Below are positions 54,520-64,000 of a stretch of DNA of 64,000 nt, in pieces; positions within the stretch are counted from its first letter, which is position 1, and each line of letters opens with the position of its first letter. The notes below the pieces were generated by a model. That model had not been told where the DNA came from. It ran no database searches and was given only the letters and a program-made list of their open reading frames with translations. Made by a program: the position numbers and the translations under genes. Source of the stretch: the human T2T-CHM13v2.0 reference genome, Homo sapiens; assembly GCF_009914755.1 (NCBI RefSeq), contig NC_060931.1. The stretch is one strand, 5' to 3'.

Positions 54520-56110
54520 TTTTAAGAATTTATTAAATATTGAATATATTTAAGATGTTTATATTATATGTGCAAGGTTTGACAATTATGTTAAATTACT
54601 TTTACCCACCATTGACTTTAAGAAATAGAACATGGCCTTGACCATCAAGTCTTTCATTTGCTCCCTATCCCCTTCATCCTCTCCTCACTTCAGAAGTAGC
54701 CTCTTCCTGAATTAGTGTTTATTGTTCTCTTGACTTATTTTATCAGTTAACCCTTGTCTTTGTTTTCCTTCACACGCGTGCTGCTTACTTTTAAATATCT
54801 GTGAACTTTATATAAATTATGTGTATTATGCTACTCAGATTTATCTATGTATTTGGGTATAGTTCAAATTCATTTACTGCTGCTGCTTAGCATTCCAGAT
54901 AATACATATCCTTTTTTCTATTTTACATGCAAATTATTACTTGTTTGTTGTGTTTTGTCTTGGTTTGATGTTGCTATTACGAACAGTGCTGATATGAATA
55001 TTTTTAGTCACATGCAAAATTTCCTCTTGGGGATATCCTGGGAATTCCCCTGCTGTGTTATTGTGTTGGATCATCTTCAACTTTCTTTAACTTTACTAAA
55101 TGAATTCAATTGTTTTCCAAAGTCATCCTACAAAGGTATCCTCTCATCAGGAATGTATGAGTGCACTACATCCTCATCAGTGCTTGTGCTGGGAATGAAA
55201 CGGCATCTCTTGTTGGTTTTAATTTGCATTTCTCTTGTTGAAAATGAAGTTTTCAACATAACTTTACATTTTTACATAATTATTTACATAAATAATATTT
55301 TTACATACAATATGTTTTATACATATTATTTTTACATAAACATATTTTTATATAAATTAATTGACCATTCAGATTTTATCTTTTGTACTGTGTCTGTTCA
55401 TGATTTTTGCCCATTTTTCTGTTAGGTTATTTATCATTTACTGATTTATCAGAGGTCTCGTATTGTGGATACTAATCCTTTGTCAGCTGCATATATTGCA
55501 AATACTTTCTCCCAGTTTGGGATTTGAATTTTTTACTTTCTTTGTGATTCTTTTTTTTTTTTTGTCTTTTTTTTTGTGAAAGAAAAGTTTTGAAGTTTAA
55601 TCTATATGAATGTATTGATCTTTTTATTCCTGGCCTTTAAAAGGAAACCATCATTTAGTATCTTAAAAAAATACCTTTTACCCTGAAATCATGAAGATGC
55701 TCTCTTACACTGTTTTCCAAACGTACCACCTGAAATTGACTTTTTGTATTATATTTTGTGAGACAAGGGTTCGGTTTCATTATTTTCCATGTGATACCCA
55801 TTGTCCCACCATTATTTATGAATTAGCAATATCAGTTCAGTCATTCATACAGTGTGTGTGTGTGTGTGTGTATATATACATATATATATACATATATATA
55901 TGTGTGCTTGTTCTAGGACATTTATTTTATTCCATTGGTCACTTTGTTCATCCCTCAGCCACAATGGCAGTGTTTTACTTCTTATAGCTTAGAGTAATTC
56001 TTGATATCTGATGAGTTAATTTCCTCTATTGTTTTTCTTATTTACCAGTATCTTGGCTATTTTGGCCCTTTGCACTTTTATGTAAAATTTAGGTTCTGCT
56101 ACTTGTTTTT
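54520..56110 (-). mobile_element. Old L1 (L1ME-like) fragments
   Basis: T-rich antisense L1 motifs (ggttttaatttgcatttctc, ggatactaatcctttgtcag, ttgcaaatactttctccc). Confidence 0.65.
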
Positions 56111-56699
56111 AAAAAAGGTATCATTTTTTTAAAAAAGTACACTTTTGGAAGCTGGAGGCGAGAAGTTTAAGGGATTTATCAAGTCACAGTCTTGTTGGTC
56201 ACTTAAGTAAGAATCAGAATTGGGATCCGAGTTGAACCTAGATCTCTACCTCCTTGTCGGCGTTTTCTCCACTGTGTCATGCAATCTTTTACTTAAGCCT
56301 GAGGATTACTGATAAGTGAAGAAAGTGTATGCTATTTTCAAAACAGATTTTAACACCAATGATTTCCTTTTATAAATTTGAATTTAGCCGTGCAAATACA
56401 TCTTTGATACATAGTTTCATGGTTTGTAAGCATTGGCATATTTCACCCACAGATAGAGTTTATTTTTAGAATAAAAAAAGAAATTATGTTTTTTGATTCT
56501 ACTAGTAAATCTATGCATGTTAAATGTGGCATCACAACTGTTTCTTCCTTCTATGATGAAGAATGTGCTGCAACTACTGCTGCTCACTCATGCCTGCCAT
56601 TGGGTTTTATTACCTTACTGTAATTCCTGATTTTCCTCAATGATTCCACTCCTGGTAAACTGTCACTAACTAACATTACTTTGTGTTTTCTTGTTATAG

Positions 56700-56842
56700 G
56701 ATGATTATGTACTTGAAGTGAGGCACTTTCAGTGTCCTAAATGGCCAAATCCAGATAGCCCCATTAGTAAAACTTTTGAACTTATAAGTGTTATAAAAGA
56801 AGAAGCTGCCAATAGGGATGGGCCTATGATTGTTCATGATGA
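56700..56842 (+). CDS. PTPRZ1: PTPRZ1 exon 28 (143 nt), KWPNPD...GPMIVHD (catalytic Cys replaced by Asp)
   Basis: ttatag|GATGAT...GATGA|gtaagt. Confidence 0.96.
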
Positions 56843-57652
56843 GTAAGTTCCATGTGTTAGATGGTTTCACACCTGCACATTTTCTGGGCATATGTATATT
56901 TCTGTTGTCTTCAGACAAACCTAATGCTTTGGACCCACTGTGATGATTCAGCCATGGTGGATTATCTGCATCTTATCAATAAAGTTAACACAGAACATTT
57001 TTTTTTTTTTACTTCACTTGAAGTCCCTGTTGAAGACAGAGAATGGGGTCATGATCACAAATATCTTCTCTTGCATTTGATGCTGAGAACACTTTGTATA
57101 CTAAGTCGGTGTTTTAGCAGTGAAATTTTCAGGAGCCAACCAGAGAGGCATTTTCAGTCATTGATTTCCTGGCATAGAAGTGAAATTGATATGATTTTTA
57201 TTTTTCAGGAACAAGAAACCATCCAATAAATCTTCCTAGGATTCCATCATAGACAAATAAAAAATGCATATGCTGAACTTATGTTATAAATATATAAAAT
57301 ACAGTTTGTTATATATGTATTTATACATTATATTATATGTGTATTATACATGTCTTTATATGATACTCTCAGGTTTTTTTTTATTATTGCCAACTCCTTT
57401 CATAGTATACAAATAATAAACCATAAGCAAATACTAAACTTCTGTAAAGTATTCCACTATTGATATCATGAACACTTGGCAATATTTCAGATTAAATCAT
57501 AGTTCTTTGTGCAAAAAGCGAAGAGAGACAATTCATTAAAAGTTTCAGTGTTTTCACTGCAAAGTTGTCAAGGCTATATGCTTTGTGAATTCTAAATGTG
57601 AGTGGTGCATCTCAATGGAGTCTTTGTTCCTTTTCTTTTTTTTTTTTACAAG

Positions 57653-57788
57653 GCATGGAGGAGTGACGGCAGGAACTTTCTGTGCTCTGACAACCCTTAT
57701 GCACCAACTAGAAAAAGAAAATTCCGTGGATGTTTACCAGGTAGCCAAGATGATCAATCTGATGAGGCCAGGAGTCTTTGCTGACATT
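57653..57788 (+). CDS. PTPRZ1: PTPRZ1 exon 29 (136 nt), [10 protein letters not shown]...GVFADI
   Basis: tacaag|GCATGG...GACATT|gtaagt; ORF 57585-57824. Confidence 0.96.
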
Positions 57789-58979
57789 GTAAGTAACAAG
57801 GCAGTGAACGAAATTTTTCACTGATAGAGTACAACTAACTTCCTAGAGGCTGCTGAAATCTTATGTATCAAGAAAGATCTTATTAACTGATAACATTAGT
57901 ATGTAGTTTTCAAGCTGAATTACAAGTCCACAATCCATAGAACAACAACATTTAAAATTTATACTTCAGAAAATTTATGGATAAAAACTTTTAAATCTCA
58001 TGTTTGCCTTTGTGCACAATAGTAAACAATGCAAATAAGCTTAGGTGAATGTAGAAGTCATAGGCTCACCTTCAGCTCTTTGGTCTGTTTAAGGGCCTTA
58101 TAAAGGGACCTTCTTCAAAGCTCCAGCCTAGACCAGTTGGCAGGAGGTCAAAGTTATCTTCATGCACATGCACTGCAGAGGAGCCCCTAATAAGTCTTAT
58201 TCGGGGCCGCTGAGTTGTATCAAGCTTGTGCTGCATGAAACTCCTTTCTGGAGATGCACAGTTCGCGAAAGCATTTAATTATGCACTGCGTCACATGTAG
58301 GCCTCATGGTTTTCGGCTATGATGCTGCTCACTGGTTCAGGTTCTCTGTAGCTACCTCTCCCCAAACTGCCTGAGATGGCATCTGTAAGAGAAAAACTGT
58401 TTCATGCTTCTATGTGCCACTGCTCTGAGACCACAGCAGAGAAGGTACTTACCTTTGCTCATAGCAGGGCATAGGACCAGTTGGGCTGATAGAATGTGAA
58501 ATTCTTCTTATTGGTGAACAGTGAAGGATTGCATTCTACATGGGTTCCTGGGCTAACAGTACAGTCATTCCTGAGATCTTTCCGTAAAGAGGCAGACCCA
58601 ATGGATTTTCTAACAAGTAGAGAAAGAAGAAACTTGTTTCTGAGTGAGTTACAGATGTCCAGTGCCAAACGGTTTCGCCCACAAGTTAACAGAACCCTGT
58701 CTCATCACCTTCTGATTTCATGAATAAGAATTAAGTACTTATTGGCAAATGTATGTAGGTTAATTTTCTAGGTCAGTGAATGGTCTGCCGATTGCAACGT
58801 TAATTTAATCAGAAGAGACATCAGTATAGGTTGTGTGCATCTGCTGAGTATAACAGTGCCCTTAACACATTGCCCTTTCATGAACAGTGCTGAAGTGTGT
58901 CTAAAAATATTTCTTCTTTTTACAAATGTATGTCTTCACTGAGCTTCGCATTTATTACCTCCCATCTTCTGTTCTCTAG

Positions 58980-59120
58980 GAGCAGTATCAGTTTCTCTAC
59001 AAAGTGATCCTCAGCCTTGTGAGCACAAGGCAGGAAGAGAATCCATCCACCTCTCTGGACAGTAATGGTGCAGCATTGCCTGATGGAAATATAGCTGAGA
59101 GCTTAGAGTCTTTAGTTTAA
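58980..59120 (+). CDS. PTPRZ1: PTPRZ1 last coding exon, EQYQFLY...AESLESLV-stop (class I PDZ ligand)
   Basis: ctctag|GAGCAG; TAA at 59118-59120. Confidence 0.97.
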   Translation, partial: EQYQFLYKVILSLVSTRQEENPSTSLDSNGAALPDGNIAESLESLV

Positions 59121-59526
59121 CACAGAAAGGGGTGGGGGAACTCACATCTGAGCATTGTTTTCCTCTTCCTAAAATTAGGCAGGAAAATCAGTCTAGTTCT
59201 GTTATCTGTTGATTTCCCATCACCTGACAGTAACTTTCATGACATAGGATTCTGCCGCCAAATTTATATCATTAACAATGTGTGCCTTTTTGCAAGACTT
59301 GTAATTTACTTATTATGTTTGAACTAAAATGATTGAATTTTACAGTATTTCTAAGAATGGAATTGTGGTATTTTTTTCTGTATTGATTTTAACAGAAAAT
59401 TTCAATTTATAGAGGTTAGGAATTCCAAACTACAGAAAATGTTTGTTTTTAGTGTCAAATTTTTAGCTGTATTTGTAGCAATTATCAGGTTTGCTAGAAA
59501 TATAACTTTTAATACAGTAGCCTGTA

Positions 59527-59532
59527 AATAAA
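59527..59532 (+). terminator. Candidate proximal polyadenylation signal AATAAA
   Basis: Canonical hexamer in the 3' UTR with upstream TGTA motifs; weak downstream element. Confidence 0.45.
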
Positions 59533-59912
59533 ACACTCTTCCATATGATATTCAACATTTTACAACTGCAGTATTCACCTAAAGTAGAAATAATCTGTTA
59601 CTTATTGTAAATACTGCCCTAGTGTCTCCATGGACCAAATTTATATTTATAATTGTAGATTTTTATATTTTACTACTGAGTCAAGTTTTCTAGTTCTGTG
59701 TAATTGTTTAGTTTAATGACGTAGTTCATTAGCTGGTCTTACTCTACCAGTTTTCTGACATTGTATTGTGTTACCTAAGTCATTAACTTTGTTTCAGCAT
59801 GTAATTTTAACTTTTGTGGAAAATAGAAATACCTTCATTTTGAAAGAAGTTTTTATGAGAATAACACCTTACCAAACATTGTTCAAATGGTTTTTATCCA
59901 AGGAATTGCAAA

Positions 59913-59918
59913 AATAAA
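59913..59918 (+). terminator. Distal polyadenylation signal AATAAA
   Basis: AATAAA followed about 20 nt later by tttgtgtttgcttgtgg (GU-rich downstream element). Confidence 0.85.
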
Positions 59919-60231
59919 TATAAATATTGCCATTAATTTGTGTTTGCTTGTGGAGCATTGTGCTGAAGCGTGTGTAGCAGAAAATTGTGGATGTGGGTCC
60001 CCCTATGATGATGGCACACACACACAAAAAAAACAGCTAGTAGGATGGGACAGGATTTAGAGTGGTGGGTCCCAAACTGTGCATTGAGGTGCACAGGGAA
60101 GTACAAAACTTTCCATTTGTGAGGAAAACACAGCAACATGTGCAGACACTGCACAAACTTTTACTATTAAATTATTTGAACTTTACTACTTAATGAACAG
60201 AACAATTATGTATTTCTTTTGGCTTGGGGAG

Positions 60232-60585
60232 TGCTATGATCTGAATGTTTATGTCTCCCGACAATTTATCCCCTCACCCTCAAGGTGATAATATTAGGAA
60301 GTAGGACCTTTGGGAGGTGATTAGTTCATAAGGGCAGAGCTCTCATAAATGAGATTAGTGTCCTTATAAAAGAGGCCTGAGCGAGACCCCTCACCCCTTT
60401 CGATGTGTGAGATTATGATGAGAAGACAGCTGTCTATAAGAAAGCAAGCCTTCACCAGACATCGAATCTGCGGGCACCTTGATCTCGGAACTTAGCCTCC
60501 AGAAGTGTGAGAAATAAATCTATGTTTGTTTATAAGCCACCATATTTATGGTATTTTGTTACAGCAGTCTGAATGGACCAAGACA
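60232..60585 (+). mobile_element. MaLR LTR (MST/MLT1A-like)
   Basis: tgctatgatctgaatgtt...ctttgggaggtgattag...gtgagaaataaat...accaagaca. Confidence 0.85.
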
Positions 60586-61014
60586 CAGAATTCTGAAAAT
60601 GTTACTGATGAATTAAGAGCATCATGTACCAAGAAATGTTGGGAACTTCCGATTTAGAAACTAGCTGGAAGTTAGAAGTAGGCAGATTTGCTAGTCAGAG
60701 ACTCCAATATAAGCAAAGGTCAAGGAGGGGATTGGAAAAGGCATAGACAGACAAGGACTACGAGGTAAAAAAAAATTCCAGAATGGAAAAAGAGAAGAGG
60801 TCCCATGTTGAGCAAATCATCAAGATCCAAGAGCCACATGGAACTGAAATTCAGGAAAATGGAATCATTAGTATCAAGCAGACTTTGATGCTTGCAGCAG
60901 TCCCCTGCCTCTGCCAGGAGTGTTTTATAATACTACCTACAAAGGAGCTCACTGTTCCCTAAGAATGCTCAGCTCAGGGCCCAGAACAGGAAGCTAGAGA
61001 AGTTTTGTTTAAAC

Positions 61015-61165
61015 CAGTGGCTCTCAAAATATGATTCCCAGATTTGTAGCATGGACAAAATCAGGGAACTTGTTAGAAATGGAATTCTCAGATTCCCATC
61101 TGTCAGAAACTCTGGGGGCTAGGGCCCAACAATCTAATGAATGCTAAAGTTTCAGAACCATTGCT
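61015..61165. mobile_element. MER5A-like MITE
   Basis: cagtggctctcaaa...gggaacttgttagaaatg...ctaaagtttcagaaccattg. Confidence 0.7.
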
Positions 61166-62114
61166 CTATAGCAACAACACTTCAGGGAGCCTCCAGTTAC
61201 CTCAAGCAATATCAAGAAATTTTCACAATGTCTTTAAAATAGAGCTAAAATTAATTAGCTTTCCTTTTTATGGGAGCTTTTCTTTTAAAGCAATAGTCAT
61301 GGGAGATATGAAATAGAAATAGGCACACAAAAAAAAATCTCATAAATAGTAGTGTGACAAATCCCCAAATGGTGATAAGCACCACTCTACAAGGTACAAA
61401 AAGAATTAATGTACTTCTTATTTCTCCTCCCAGAGAGGAAGGACACAAGGTTAATTTTGAATTCCTTTGTTGCTTTTCTAACCTTATCTCCTTGTCCTCT
61501 TGTTTTACAGTTTTGTTTTATCACCACCCACAATGTCTAATCATGAGCTGATCTGAATCAGTAATACATATCACCTCAATTATTTTGTCTATTTTTCCCT
61601 TAGCCTTTGTCCCAGGAACAAGCAGCCTTTGAGGAGATACAGAATTTTTTTACCCTTTAAGGTTATTTATTTAGTAATGTGACTTACAGAGTCTTGTCCA
61701 ACAGAAAATAATTATGCAGTAACATGTATATCATATCAGTTATGCATTCTTATATAAATGTTAATAAATATATTCTGAAACAGATTAAAAAGAAAATTCC
61801 TGTCAGATACAGCAACATTTTCTCTTTCCTTGATCCTTAACTCTGAGGCAATAATCAGCTATGAGACAAATGAAAATAAATGAAGCCAGGTAAGTCGGTC
61901 AGGTAAGTATCACTCGATTTTTCCATCCAACACCAAAATTTCATTCCTTGTGTTTAACACACTCACAGCTTTTTTCCATATATTGTTTTATTTTTATAAT
62001 TGTGTTCTCATTGTGAATATGTTTTTATGCTTCTTTTTATAGTGATATAGGCATTTTTTATTACACATAATCTATAAGCCTACCTTTGCCAAGGCTATAT
62101 AATATTTCATTCAG

Positions 62115-62868
<754 letters not shown>

Positions 62869-62969
62869 TAGTATGAACATTTTTACCTTACTACTCTTTC
62901 ACTTTCCAAAAGAGTTAGGCTGTTGAGACCTCCACTGGCAGGGTATTAGAGTCCTATTGTTCCACTCAT

Positions 62970-63365
62970 GGGTTCAGGTCTCTGCTCAAATATCTCCTCA
63001 GAGAAGCATTCTCTGATCAGCCTGTCTGAAGTGGCATTCCCTCCTCTCACGAAGGAGATTCAAAATATTTAGCAGTAACCATCAGAAGAGACTGAGTCAT
63101 CCGCACCAGCAGAATGTCAGCCTGTCTCTCCGCCACTCCCATCAGGCCCTCTTTGTCTCTTTATCATGCTTTATCTTTATCCATAACACTCCTTGTTTTC
63201 TGACATTATATTTGTTTGTTATTTTTCCCTTTCATTCGTATATAAGCTCCATGAGAAGAGGAGTCTTGATTCTTTTGTTAACCTCATATCCCCACATGTA
63301 GAACGGTGCCTGGCACACTAACAGCAGTCACAGTATTTTAGGTGAATGAAAAAAAGAATGCATTG
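62970..63365 (+). mobile_element. L2 3' end
   Basis: tataagctccatgagaagagg...agaacggtgcctggcacac...tgaatgaa. Confidence 0.7.
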
Positions 63366-64000
63366 ATTTTTACCTAAAAGGAAAATACTCTTTTTAATAG
63401 TCCTTTCCTTGTAAACCTGACACTTTATAGGCGATGTTACTTAACATAATAAATTTACTAGTTTTGGCAAAATATCTGTTCTTAGTTTTTTTCTTTGGTA
63501 ACACCTTTGTAAATTACTCCAGTTGAAAAAGGAAGTTCTAATGCATCTCCAGTTTTAAATCATGGAGAGCAGTTTTGAAACCTCAAAAGTAGTATTAATC
63601 AGGAGCATAATCCATCCCTTTAGCTACCTCCATAAGGACTACAGAGTCCATCATAGTTCCAATATGATACTTCTTGAGATACTGTGACAGCAGCTTCTTC
63701 ATGTAAAATCAATGCAAACATTTAACAGATGCATGTTCTGCTCAAATTATACAGTGAAAATCTTACTGAATTTTAGTATTTCTTATCTGAAAGCCTCAAA
63801 TCTCTTAGTACCTATTATGACAGGCTATTTCTCTAATACACAAAACTTGGAAACTATAATCTCTTTACTAGCAGATAAATTTAAAAATGTGATATTAGAA
63901 TTGAATTCTGCTTACAAATAGCGCATCAGAAATATTAAGCATTTATTGAATTGAACTTAACTCTTTAGGGAAAATGGAAAATCTGCACATTTGTCAAGAT

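Larger units (their letters stand above)
59121..59935 (+). other. PTPRZ1: PTPRZ1 3' UTR (about 0.8 kb; end approximate)
   Basis: Repeat-free U-rich sequence between the stop codon and the distal AATAAA with its GU-rich downstream element. Confidence 0.85.

Noticed and set aside
54847-55425. 192-aa hydrophobic ORF
   Set aside because: It lies in T-rich antisense old L1 sequence; composition explains it.
59118-59135. Stop-codon read-through extension masking the PDZ motif
   Set aside because: The stop is TAA and lacks the TGA-CTAG read-through context.

Overview
AT-rich primate (almost certainly human) genomic DNA containing the 3' two-thirds of PTPRZ1 (receptor protein tyrosine phosphatase zeta/phosphacan) on the + strand. 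Twenty coding exons (numbered 11-30 from my recollection of the human gene) splice at GT-AG junctions into one uninterrupted frame. It encodes the end of the FN3-spacer region, the 3556-nt chondroitin-sulfate/mucin-like exon, the TM helix, active PTP domain D1, pseudo-phosphatase D2 and a C-terminal PDZ ligand (SLV). The 3' UTR and poly(A) signals follow, then about 4 kb of repeat-rich flank. Introns contain Alu, L1, L2, MIR, MaLR/ERV LTR and hAT relics plus microsatellites. Most short ORFs in the track are noise. I found no prokaryote-style novel system. The most notable items are a three-way isoform switch at exon 12 with a candidate extra in-frame donor, a 21-nt microexon, and a palindrome-packed 19-bp inverted repeat upstream of exon 12. 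Also notable are an Alu whose body is replaced by a 33-bp AT minisatellite, an L1-mobilised LTR10-like mRNA 3' end inside a 5'-inverted L1, and a Pumilio element overlapping the proximal poly(A) signal. Repeat subfamily names are from motif recognition only, and repeat boundaries are approximate.
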